DNA of 57,063 bases from Nitrosovibrio sp. Nv4 (GTDB lineage Bacteria; Bdellovibrionota; UBA1018; CAIMNF01): positions 1-57,063 of the forward strand of contig CALPVV020000002.1 in assembly GCA_943327105.2 (NCBI GenBank), given 5' to 3'. Under the pieces are notes generated by a model, which was not told where the DNA came from, searched no databases, and was given only the letters and a program-made list of their open reading frames with translations. Made by a program: the position numbers and the translations under genes. The first letter of the stretch is position 1, and each line of letters begins with the position of its first letter. Shown here in pieces: positions 18,920 through 27,616 of the stretch.

Positions 18920-19720
18920 ATGCGAGTGTTTGTCGATTGCAGCGCGAAATTATTGATACTTTTAGGCTTGGGGACGATCTCGCCTTGGGTTCATGCTGAT
19001 CAAAAATCAGCGATTTTAGTTCAGCGTAAGGAAGATGAGTTCCTTTTGCCGCCATATCTCCGTCAGGTTGAAGGCGGGCTGTTGAATATCAATATTGATC
19101 AAACAGTCGATCATAGAAAGAAGCGCGCCGTCAAAACCGGTGAATGGCTTGAATATGGCGATTCTTTTGCTCCCTCAGACCGTATTGGCATTTATGTTCA
19201 GATGAATGAAACCTTGCAATGGGTTGGTGGTGGGGCACTGCGTGGTCATATTGGTGGCGGTGTGTGGAATACTGCGAAGACCGCTTACGAATTGGACATT
19301 CAACGAGGTTGGATGAAGGTTTGGGTCAAGCCCGGGGCGTTCACCCAGTCTTTGAAATTGAGCACTCCGCATGTGAGTTTACTTGCCAAAGATGCCGTTT
19401 ATTGGCTGCTAACCAGTAAAAACAAAAGTGAACTTTATGTCTTTTCGGGTGAAGTCACAGCCGGTGACTATGTCTGTAAAAAGGGAGATTATTGCACTTG
19501 GCAGGTTGGCGAAAAAGACCGACCAAAGATTTCAAATCTCTGGAGGCCAAAGACACTCGAAGATGAAATGGCTCGACGATATTCTAATTTGGTCAGGCTT
19601 TCGAACCAAGCAAATGAAGAGTGGGATAACGGAAAATCATCAAAAGCTTACGAAGAGTTAAGGGCTAAAGGCTGGAAAAAGTCGGATCGTTTTTTTCCAG
19701 TGCGATCTACTGAAAAATAA
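18920..19720 (+). CDS. secreted hypothetical protein (weak FecR-like beta-rich pattern)
   Basis: N-terminal signal-like segment LLILLGLGTISPWVHA. The middle region (YELDIQRGWMKVWVKPGAF...LSTPHVSLLAKDAVYWL) loosely resembles FecR-domain strands. Confidence 0.4.
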   Translation: MRVFVDCSAKLLILLGLGTISPWVHADQKSAILVQRKEDEFLLPPYLRQVEGGLLNINIDQTVDHRKKRAVKTGEWLEYGDSFAPSDRIGIYVQMNETLQWVGGGALRGHIGGGVWNTAKTAYELDIQRGWMKVWVKPGAFTQSLKLSTPHVSLLAKDAVYWLLTSKNKSELYVFSGEVTAGDYVCKKGDYCTWQVGEKDRPKISNLWRPKTLEDEMARRYSNLVRLSNQANEEWDNGKSSKAYEELRAKGWKKSDRFFPVRSTEK

Positions 19721-19775
19721 GCTTGCCCTAGGTGATGTTTTTGGTTAGGTTAGAGCTTCACAATTTTACTAGTTT

Positions 19776-19851
<76 letters not shown>

Positions 19852-19856
19852 TTTAG

Positions 19857-19890
19857 AAGCCGGTTGCCGAAAGGTAACCGGCTTTTTTAT
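19857..19890 (+). terminator. intrinsic terminator after tRNA-Pro
   Basis: Stem AAGCCGGTT (19857-19865) pairs with AACCGGCTT (19876-19884). An inner GCC/GGT extension closes a GAAA tetraloop. A T6 run follows. Confidence 0.75.
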
Positions 19891-19921
19891 TTGATTCCCT
19901 CCAAAATCAGGCTCTAATGAA

Positions 19922-21025
19922 ATGGTGTTGAAGCTTGTTCTTACTTCGTTGTTATTGAGTTCACCGGCGATTGCTAAAAATCTGCCTTGGAACGATGTGG
20001 TCTCATCAATTGTTTGGCTCAAGATCGCACCCGAGTTTCAAGTTGAGCCAATCAGCATCGGTCGTGATGAAGTTTCCTTTTATGTCTTCAGCGATCTTTA
20101 TACGGTTACCAGGCAAAAGGATTATTTTCTGATTCAACGTGGGCAAGAGCTTTCGCGGGTTCAGACGTTGACGATTGAAAAAGCTTTGATTTTTGTGAAA
20201 GCAAAACGGCGTGACGATGCTTTTCTTACACGCGATGCTTTCCATCAAAGTATTCATCCGGTAGAGCCGCCCATCGGTTATTTAAATTCAAAATTTCTCT
20301 ATCAATGCCGATCTGACTTACCGGTCAAATTTAAAATCGATGGCTTACCGGTTGATCAGCTTTTAAAGCATACTTGGCTTCAAAATGGCTCAGCTGAGAG
20401 TTTTGGAATGCCTTTCACCGATGAGGGAACTTATTTTGGTGGGCGCTCCCATATCCGTACGCCTGATTCATTCATTGAGCGAAAACCAAAACACCTGGAT
20501 TGTTCACCGGTTTGGATACCGGAAAATGAAGTGGATGAAGAAAAATTTTCTAAAAATGCAGCATGCATTGCCCGAACCCTTTCACTTCCTCAAGACACGG
20601 TGTTTGAGGGTGGGGTAATCGATCAAGCCTGGTCTGTAAACTTGGACTACCACGTACTCGATCGAAACTGTTTGAAGGCAACTCGATTCATGCTGGAATG
20701 TGCGGGCGCAAAAGCCCCTCAAGTCGTGAATGCAGGAATCGGCGGAAAATTCGAATGGGATGAAATGGTTTCAATCAGCATCGTGAAGGCAGATCATCGG
20801 GATGCGATTCGCAAGCTGAGACTGGAATTGGAAGATCTGAGACAAAATCAGAATATTTCAAATCTTGATTCAGAAGCGGTTCAGTTGCTGGATCAGGCGC
20901 TTAAAGTTGATTCAGGAATTCGAGGCGAAGAGGTCGGCACTTCGATTCCAAAAACATTACGTGAAGTCTGTGATTTGGCACACGCGACTTGTGATCACGA
21001 TTTGAGTCGATCAATCAATTTCTGA
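19922..21025 (+). CDS. secreted hypothetical protein with a C-terminal NC-motif (possible PPPDE/LRAT-like papain-fold thiol hydrolase)
   Basis: Signal peptide MVLKLVLTSLLLSSPAIA. The segment YHVLDRNCLKATRFMLECAGAKAP resembles the Y-x-L-x3-NC-x2-F...G-x2-P active-site stretch of PPPDE/LRAT-type enzymes. Its 3' end overlaps convergent kynU by 31 nt. Confidence 0.4.
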   Translation: MVLKLVLTSLLLSSPAIAKNLPWNDVVSSIVWLKIAPEFQVEPISIGRDEVSFYVFSDLYTVTRQKDYFLIQRGQELSRVQTLTIEKALIFVKAKRRDDAFLTRDAFHQSIHPVEPPIGYLNSKFLYQCRSDLPVKFKIDGLPVDQLLKHTWLQNGSAESFGMPFTDEGTYFGGRSHIRTPDSFIERKPKHLDCSPVWIPENEVDEEKFSKNAACIARTLSLPQDTVFEGGVIDQAWSVNLDYHVLDRNCLKATRFMLECAGAKAPQVVNAGIGGKFEWDEMVSISIVKADHRDAIRKLRLELEDLRQNQNISNLDSEAVQLLDQALKVDSGIRGEEVGTSIPKTLREVCDLAHATCDHDLSRSINF

Positions 21026-22158
21026 ACATCGTTTTCATGGTGATAAAGGCCAAAACCAAAGCGCAGGCGTTGACCTCGAAAATCAGTTATAATCCCCTTT
21101 GATTCGAGCAATGAATGCATTTCTGAACACTGTTCAGGCGATTCAAGATCAAAGGCCAGGAAGTGACCCCGGTTTTCAACTCCATTCATCAGTGTTGAGT
21201 TCTTTAAAATTGTTTCCTTGATGTTTTTTAGAAATAATTCCTGAAGTCTGGTTACTTGTTCATGGATGATGGCAGTTGAAATGTTCATTTCAGCGAACTG
21301 TTCCCAAACCGCGTTGAAACGATAAAGTCCGGATGGATCAAACGTGGAACCTGAAAAGGCAGCTCCGTTTGAAGGGTAGGCAACAGAATGTTTCTTTTGG
21401 CTGCTGAGCGTTTCCATTTCAGCAAACCAACCCGTATAGATCGGGCGCCATTCGCCCTTTGGTACGACAATGAAGCAAACACCTTCACCGGCTTGCGCGT
21501 ATTTGTAGCCCCCTCCGAGATAGAATATGCGTCCTTCCAGTTTTGATAAATCGACCGGTAGGGCTCCGAAGGAATGATAGCCATCAATGCAGATCACGGT
21601 TTCTTTCGGAGTTGATTGTGAAAGTTCAAGTAGCTCTTCATTTGACAAAGCAAGGCCGGAATCAAAAAAAACATGGCTGATGAAAAAAAGATCGAATGAA
21701 CCTTCATTTAATTTTTTTTTCAATGATTGAAGAAATGAAGCCCTGTTAGATGAGAGATCATCAGCTTGCACACGTTCAACAGTCACCATGGATGCTTCTT
21801 CCATGCGCTGTATCTGGCGTCTGAAAGAATGAAATTCGTTATGTGTGGTGAGAATGCGAGTCGGCCGATTCGTTGGGAAGGTCGACAGTAAGCGCATCAA
21901 GAGCTCATGCGTGTTTGGTGCGAACGCAATCTGCTTCTCATCTTGAAGATTGAGCATTTGTGAGATTATTTTTTGAGTTTTTGGAATCACTGATCCAAAA
22001 ATGTGTCCCCATTTTTCATCCATCAATCGTGCGGAATCATCCCAATACTGAAGGTGTGCTTCCCGCGAGACATCGGGCCAGGCATGATGGGAATGGGCTG
22101 CGAAGTGCAGGCGATCGCCCAGGTTTGAAAGAAAGCGAGAGTAAATGGACTGGTGCAT
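20995..22158 (-). CDS. kynU: kynureninase (class V aminotransferase fold)
   Basis: The PLP-lysine region YLGGGYKYAQAGEG matches the kynureninase S/G-YKY-x-N/A-x-G motif. It lies 8 nt downstream of kynA. Confidence 0.75.
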   Translation of the reverse strand: MHQSIYSRFLSNLGDRLHFAAHSHHAWPDVSREAHLQYWDDSARLMDEKWGHIFGSVIPKTQKIISQMLNLQDEKQIAFAPNTHELLMRLLSTFPTNRPTRILTTHNEFHSFRRQIQRMEEASMVTVERVQADDLSSNRASFLQSLKKKLNEGSFDLFFISHVFFDSGLALSNEELLELSQSTPKETVICIDGYHSFGALPVDLSKLEGRIFYLGGGYKYAQAGEGVCFIVVPKGEWRPIYTGWFAEMETLSSQKKHSVAYPSNGAAFSGSTFDPSGLYRFNAVWEQFAEMNISTAIIHEQVTRLQELFLKNIKETILKNSTLMNGVENRGHFLAFDLESPEQCSEMHSLLESKGIITDFRGQRLRFGFGLYHHENDVQKLIDRLKS

Positions 22159-22166
22159 TCGTAGCC

Positions 22167-23300
22167 TCAGGTTTTTCCGTGGTCGTATTCAAAATCAAGT
22201 GTTTTCAAAATGGAAGCTGGCAAAGCTGGGATTTTGGATTTTGGCAGCAAGAAGGTCGCAATATTGAAAAGATCAATGAACACCCGATTGCGTTCAGTGG
22301 TGCGCTTCAAATAGTCATGACCCGAAGAACCGCCAGTGCCGATCTTGGTGCCGATCAATCGGTGAGCCATGATGGCATGACGATGGCGCCAAGCGGTCAG
22401 GGTCTCATCGACATCAGTCATTAATGACAAGATCTTGTAAGGGAGTTGCAACATCGGCAAATCACGGAAGAGATGGATGAACACTGCTGATTGCATTGCT
22501 TTTTGTGAAAGCTTGATGAGTCCTGCGGCTTGAGCCTCGGCAAATGCCACCGGGTTCAACAGGCTGGTGAAACTTTTGCGGGTCAGGCCGAGAATTTCGA
22601 GTTCCATCTTCTTGCGGCCTTCATCAAGAGTTTTATTTCCCTGAATAATCGATTCATCGCCCGCAAGCATGGTATTCACCGCGTGTTCATAGTCTTTCCA
22701 AAAATCAAAATTGCCGGATTGGGTGAATGGCAAGCGCGAAAGCCATTGATCGACATGCTCAAACAAGCTGATTTCTTTTTCAGCGGCTTCGACGGTTGCG
22801 CGCTCTTCTGGTTTTAGTCTGGATAAGATGAAGGTGCGTTCCATTTCAGATCGAAAGCTGGCTTTCAGTCCGAGGCGGGCTTCAAGGAGTTTGAACTGAA
22901 CGCTCTGAAAGCCCGATGCAGGAACGAGAAAATCACGAAAATCCATGAAATCGAGCGGAGTCATGGTTTCAATGATGCGAATCTGGTCGACGAGTACCTT
23001 CAGGATTTCATTGATGCGCTCAAAGCGCGAGACCACCGTTTGCAGACGACTGGTTGGCAAAGGTGTTTCAGAAAAAATCTCTCGAATGGAATCAAGTTCA
23101 AATAGTACTTGTTTGAACCAAAGTTCATAGGTCTGATGAATGATGATGAATAGCATTTCATCATGAGCCATCTTGCCGGCTTTGAGGCTTTCCGGCTCTT
23201 GTGAAGACAAAAGGGTATCGAGTTTGAGGTATTCGCCGTAGTTGCACGGTTTGCGGTCTTGCATGATTACAGCTATCTCATTCTCAAGGGCCGTAGACAA
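22167..23300 (-). CDS. kynA: tryptophan 2,3-dioxygenase, long (metazoan-like) form
   Basis: YGEYLKLDTLLSSQ, HDEMLFIIIHQTYELWFKQVLFELDSIREIF, PASGFQSVQFKLLE, WRHRH and GTGGSSGHDYLK are all TDO hallmarks. Length is 377 aa. Confidence 0.92.
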   Translation of the reverse strand: MSTALENEIAVIMQDRKPCNYGEYLKLDTLLSSQEPESLKAGKMAHDEMLFIIIHQTYELWFKQVLFELDSIREIFSETPLPTSRLQTVVSRFERINEILKVLVDQIRIIETMTPLDFMDFRDFLVPASGFQSVQFKLLEARLGLKASFRSEMERTFILSRLKPEERATVEAAEKEISLFEHVDQWLSRLPFTQSGNFDFWKDYEHAVNTMLAGDESIIQGNKTLDEGRKKMELEILGLTRKSFTSLLNPVAFAEAQAAGLIKLSQKAMQSAVFIHLFRDLPMLQLPYKILSLMTDVDETLTAWRHRHAIMAHRLIGTKIGTGGSSGHDYLKRTTERNRVFIDLFNIATFLLPKSKIPALPASILKTLDFEYDHGKT

Positions 23301-23303
23301 GTC

Positions 23304-24827
23304 TTAGAATGAGCGTTTACGCTTCGAAGAAGGAAGAATATTGAGCATCTCACGGTATTTGGCCACGGTACGACGGGCGATGTCGATGTTATCCCGTTGC
23401 AGTATTTCAACAATTTGTTGGTCCGAGAATGGTTTTTTCAAATCTTCTTTGGCGACAAGTTGTTTGATCTTCTCTTTTACTGCGGAACTGGCGACAGAGT
23501 CTCCGCCATCAGAACTGTTGATGCTTGAGTTGAAAAAGTATTTCAATTCAAAGGTGCCTACCGGAGTGTGCATGTACTTGTTGGTAGTGACGCGTGAGAT
23601 GGTTGATTCATGCATGCCGACATCGGCTGCGATGTCTTTCAGAACCATCGGTTTCAGGAATTGTGCGCCTTTTTCAAAAAATTCACGCTGACGGGAAAGA
23701 ATTGCTTCGGTCACTTTGTGAATAGTCTTTTGGCGGTTTTGAATCGATTTGATGAGCCACATGGCCGCGCGCAGTTTTTCGTGCACGTATTCTTTGGCCT
23801 CGTTTTGAGCGCCGGTGGTTGAGCCCTCGGCCTTGTTAGCGGCATTTACGGCCATTTCCTTTTTTACAATATTTTTATAATAACTTGAGATGCGCAGGCG
23901 TGGAATGCCGTCGTCATTCATCTGAATCACATAATCATTGCCGACTTTAATGACATAAATATCAGGAGCAATGTACTGGGTGTCTGATTCGGTGAAGATT
24001 TTACCCGGTTTTGGTTCCAATTCATGGATGATTTTTTGGGCTTCGACCACTTGTTCAATCGGTGCATCCAGCATCTTCGCAATCGCAGGCAAATTATGCT
24101 TTTCCAGCTCGGTCATGCAGCTTTGAATCATGCTTTCGACAAGCACTGATCTTGGGTTAAGCAGTTTTGCTTGAATCATCAGGCATTCCTGAAGGTCGCG
24201 TGAGCCGATTCCGACCGGGTCAAAGTTCTGAATCATTTTCAGTATTTCTTCGGCGTCTTCATATTCGATGCCACAGGCAGACGCGATTTCTGAAAGATTA
24301 CCTTCGAAGTAACCGTCATCATTCAAGGCGCTGATCACCATTTGACCGAACTTCATTTCCTGATCGGTAAAATTGTGCATGTTGAGTTGCCAGATCAGGT
24401 GTTCTTCCAGAGAAGTGGTTTTGGTCAAGAGGTTCTCATAAGAAGGCATGTCGCCGTCGGGAATCTCTTTCATGGAAGGTGCGGTACTAGGGCCATCATT
24501 AAAATCTTCGAGGTAGGCATCCCAGTTTACATCATCTTTTTCGCCCAGGTTCTTGTCGTCTTCTGTTGCAGGCTGAAGCTGTGCTTGCTCGTCATTTTGT
24601 TGTTGTACTTCAGGGTCGAAGCTTTCATCCGACGCCGCTGTATCAACATTGTCGGGGCTGCCGTCATCCATGATTTCTTCAAGAATGGGATTATCGGTGA
24701 GTTCTTGCGTGATCATGTCAGCAAGTTCAAGATGGTTGAGTTGCAGCAACTTGATTGCTTGTTGCAACTGCGGAGTCATTACTAAATTTTGCCCGAGCTT
24801 CAGACTCTGGGATAACTTGATTGCCAT
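23304..24827 (-). CDS. rpoN: RNA polymerase sigma-54 factor
   Basis: Region I LKLGQNLVMTPQLQQAIKLLQL, an acidic region II, and the C-terminal HTH and RpoN box ARRTVAKYRE. Confidence 0.95.
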   Translation of the reverse strand: MAIKLSQSLKLGQNLVMTPQLQQAIKLLQLNHLELADMITQELTDNPILEEIMDDGSPDNVDTAASDESFDPEVQQQNDEQAQLQPATEDDKNLGEKDDVNWDAYLEDFNDGPSTAPSMKEIPDGDMPSYENLLTKTTSLEEHLIWQLNMHNFTDQEMKFGQMVISALNDDGYFEGNLSEIASACGIEYEDAEEILKMIQNFDPVGIGSRDLQECLMIQAKLLNPRSVLVESMIQSCMTELEKHNLPAIAKMLDAPIEQVVEAQKIIHELEPKPGKIFTESDTQYIAPDIYVIKVGNDYVIQMNDDGIPRLRISSYYKNIVKKEMAVNAANKAEGSTTGAQNEAKEYVHEKLRAAMWLIKSIQNRQKTIHKVTEAILSRQREFFEKGAQFLKPMVLKDIAADVGMHESTISRVTTNKYMHTPVGTFELKYFFNSSINSSDGGDSVASSAVKEKIKQLVAKEDLKKPFSDQQIVEILQRDNIDIARRTVAKYREMLNILPSSKRKRSF

Positions 24828-24867
24828 AATACTATTCTACTTGAATTTGGGGCATTCGGCTTGGAAT

Positions 24868-24887
24868 TTGCATAATAAATTATGCAA
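24868..24887. promoter_or_regulatory. perfect 9-bp inverted repeat in the lptB-rpoN spacer
   Basis: TTGCATAAT-AA-ATTATGCAA, 41 nt upstream of the rpoN start. A second palindrome, GTTAAAT-GA-ATTTAAC, lies at 24913-24928. Confidence 0.25.
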
Positions 24888-24963
24888 CGAAAATCGATCG
24901 CCTCAAACCCCTGTTAAATGAATTTAACCGAGATTAAATTAAAATAGTTTAACAAACTTGATT

Positions 24964-25719
24964 TCAGAATTTGAAATTTTCGCCCAGGTATTTTTCACGT
25001 GCGCGGGGTGAGTTGGCGATTTCTTCGGGGGTGCCGTGCTCAAAAATAACACCGTCACTGAGAATGCAGCCCCAGTCACAGATTGATAATGTTTCGCGCA
25101 CATTGTGATCGGTGATGAGTACGCCGATGCCTTTTTGTTTCAACGTCAAAATCATTTTTTGAATGTCGGCCACCGCAAGCGGGTCAACCCCTGCAAAAGG
25201 TTCATCGAGTAAAATGAAAGACGGATTCAATGCAAGCGCTCTTGCCACTTCAACGCGTCTGCGTTCGCCACCGGAAAGAGTGTAGGTCTCTTGCTTTGAG
25301 ACGTGGTTCAAGGTGAATTCATCGAGCAGGTTTTGAAGGCGTTTTTTTCTTTCCGCTTCGCTGATGCCCAATGATTCAAGAGTGGCCATGATGTTGTCTT
25401 CAACAGTGAGCTTGCGAAATACCGAAGGTTCTTGTGGAAGATAAGCAATTCCTGCCCGAGCACGCTCGAACATTTTCCAGTCAGTGATGTCCTGGTCGTT
25501 CAGCATCACCTTGCCAGAGTCAGGATTGATCAGGCCGGTAATCATATAAAAAGTCGTGGTTTTTCCCGCACCATTTAATCCTAGAAGGCCGACGATCTGT
25601 CCCGATTCGACTTCCAGGCTTACCCCTTTAACCACCGATCGTTTGCCATAGGCTTTCATCAGGTCAAGTGCCTTGAGTTTCTTCGGTTGAACTATTTTGT
25701 TATCGTTTATAGATTGCAT
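24964..25719 (-). CDS. lptB: LPS export ABC transporter ATP-binding protein
   Basis: Walker A GLNGAGKTT, signature LSGGERRRVEVARAL, Walker B ILLDEPFAGVD and the classic position upstream of rpoN. Confidence 0.93.
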   Translation of the reverse strand: MQSINDNKIVQPKKLKALDLMKAYGKRSVVKGVSLEVESGQIVGLLGLNGAGKTTTFYMITGLINPDSGKVMLNDQDITDWKMFERARAGIAYLPQEPSVFRKLTVEDNIMATLESLGISEAERKKRLQNLLDEFTLNHVSKQETYTLSGGERRRVEVARALALNPSFILLDEPFAGVDPLAVADIQKMILTLKQKGIGVLITDHNVRETLSICDWGCILSDGVIFEHGTPEEIANSPRAREKYLGENFKF

Positions 25720-26746
25720 TGCTTTGTTTAACCTCGATGGTGTCGTCGTTACGATGATAAATGATCAAGTCTCCGGTAATGGTGTCCGAGTCTTGGTAGA
25801 CTTGTGGAAAATCACTTAACTCAATGGTGTTGTGGTGTTCGTCAAATGAAGCTTTCCCGCTGGTAGAAAAGAATGATTTTTCCCGAATCGACACGTCATT
25901 CAATGCGGCTATGCTTTTTACGCCCGTTTGTTCCAGTTCGATTTCAACCGAGCGAGATTTCATTTCCATCAATCCCTGGTGTGTAAGAACAAATTGACGA
26001 TCAAAGTTTTTTTGATCATCCATATAAAATTTCAGTTTCCTGAGATTGAAGTCGAATCGAGAGCGATCAGATTGAATCTGGGTTCGTCGGTCGCCGGTAA
26101 CCGCGACGATTACCTTGCTAGTCAGGTTTAGTTCCCGTTTCGGGTCATTTAAATAGGTAAGGCCATAAGATTTGAATTCAACCTTATTGGTCCTTTCTGT
26201 TTTGATTCCTGCTACAGCCTCTGAGACTGGCACAAAAAGGGTTAAAATCGGGCGGGTGACCGCTTTCAGGTAATTGCTGCGAATGATGGCGCCACTTTCG
26301 AGATTGATTTGAACATCGCCATAAAAATGAATTTCGTTTTTAGTGGTGTCGAACAACAGTTCTTTGCTGGTGATCACCGTTTGGTCTTCCAGGGTGACTT
26401 CTGAAGTTTTGGCATGAATCAATTGTTCGTTTTGGTAGAAATTTGATTTTAATGCGGAAAGTTTCAGCTGAGGGTGGTTGTCAGTGGTAGTGAAAAAATC
26501 AAAATTCCTGAGTGAATACGCAGGGGTGACGGCTTCTGGGATTCCTTTTGCTAGAGTGGGCTCGGAGCTGTTTTTTAAAAAATTCAGAAGGTCTTTGGGG
26601 TGAACCACACGAACGCTCAAAAAGTCGTCTTCAAGACTAGAAGGGGAAAGAAGGGTCAGGTAGGCCACAAGAACAACGGTAGCACCGGCTAAAAGGAAGG
26701 AGGGAAACGGCGTGTTCTTGATCCATTGGTTTTGTTTAATCACCAT
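25700..26746 (-). CDS. membrane-anchored periplasmic protein, LptC/LptA (OstA-fold)-like by position
   Basis: A single N-terminal TM segment (FPSFLLAGATVVLVAYLTLL) is followed by a long beta-rich region. It overlaps lptB by 20 nt. Start placed at Met25 (26746), because the ORF's first codon would abut rpsU. Confidence 0.4.
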   Translation of the reverse strand: MVIKQNQWIKNTPFPSFLLAGATVVLVAYLTLLSPSSLEDDFLSVRVVHPKDLLNFLKNSSEPTLAKGIPEAVTPAYSLRNFDFFTTTDNHPQLKLSALKSNFYQNEQLIHAKTSEVTLEDQTVITSKELLFDTTKNEIHFYGDVQINLESGAIIRSNYLKAVTRPILTLFVPVSEAVAGIKTERTNKVEFKSYGLTYLNDPKRELNLTSKVIVAVTGDRRTQIQSDRSRFDFNLRKLKFYMDDQKNFDRQFVLTHQGLMEMKSRSVEIELEQTGVKSIAALNDVSIREKSFFSTSGKASFDEHHNTIELSDFPQVYQDSDTITGDLIIYHRNDDTIEVKQSNAIYKR

Positions 26747-26818
26747 GATTAGTATTGCATCTTTTTTAGGGAACGTGTATCCCTGACTCTTACCTATTTT
26801 TGAAGGGGGGTGACTCAT

Positions 26819-27031
26819 ATGCCAGGAATCGTAATTAGAGATGGAGATTCTTTCGAAGCAGCTCTTAAACGTTTTAAGAAGCTCGTGGAAAAAGCCGGTA
26901 CTCTCGGTGAAGTTCGTAACCGTGAAGCGTTTGAAAAGCCTTCCGTACGTCGTAAGAAAAAAGCTATCGCATCGCGTAAGCGCGCGAAAAAAGGTGGTTT
27001 TGATCGCGGCCCACGTAAACCACGCTTCTAA
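26819..27031 (+). CDS. rpsU: 30S ribosomal protein S21
   Basis: [21 protein letters not shown]...[21 protein letters not shown]. Confidence 0.95.
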   Translation: MPGIVIRDGDSFEAALKRFKKLVEKAGTLGEVRNREAFEKPSVRRKKKAIASRKRAKKGGFDRGPRKPRF

Positions 27032-27062
27032 TCTGAAGTTGGTTTAAGGTTAAATTTTTAAT

Positions 27063-27100
27063 AAGGCAGAGCGTCGCTGACGCCCTGCCTTTTTTGTTTT
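27063..27100 (+). terminator. intrinsic terminator/attenuator after rpsU
   Basis: 13-bp stem AAGGCAGAGCGTC/GACGCCCTGCCTT with one mismatch, followed by TTTTTGTTTTTT. Confidence 0.7.
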
Positions 27101-27142
27101 TTAAATGCCCAAAAGCACCCTGCCCCGTGATACAACCCCCCA

Positions 27143-27592
27143 ATGCCAACAATTAAAGAAATCAACCAAGAAACGATGAAAACCGCGATGAAGAGTGGCG
27201 ACAAAGAGACGGTTCAGTTCTCTCGAAACCTTCATGCAGCTATTCGTAAAATCGAAGTCGATGAACGTATCGATGTAAACGATGAGCGAGCAATCAAGAT
27301 CATTGGCTCGATGCTCAAGCAACGTGAAGAATCGATTTCTCAATTCAAATCAGGTGGACGCGAAGATCTGGTCGCTGCTGAAGAAGCTGAAGCGAAGTAC
27401 CTTCGTCAATTCATGCCAGCACAAATGACCGCTGAAGAAATCATGGTCTTGGTAGCGGCAGCAGTGGAAGAGTCCCAAGCAAAAGACATTAAAGATCTGG
27501 GTAAAGTGATGAAAATCCTTCAACCCAAAGTTGCGGGCAAGGCCGACGGCAAGCTCGTCAATCAAGTCGTACGCGAAAAGCTCGGCGGTTAA
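27143..27592 (+). CDS. yqeY: GatB/YqeY domain protein
   Basis: LKQREESISQFKSGGREDLVAAEEAEAKYLRQFMP and GKADGKLVNQVVREKL are typical of YqeY. Confidence 0.85.
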   Translation: MPTIKEINQETMKTAMKSGDKETVQFSRNLHAAIRKIEVDERIDVNDERAIKIIGSMLKQREESISQFKSGGREDLVAAEEAEAKYLRQFMPAQMTAEEIMVLVAAAVEESQAKDIKDLGKVMKILQPKVAGKADGKLVNQVVREKLGG

Positions 27593-27616
27593 TTCACGAA
27601 CGGATACCTGTTTTAA

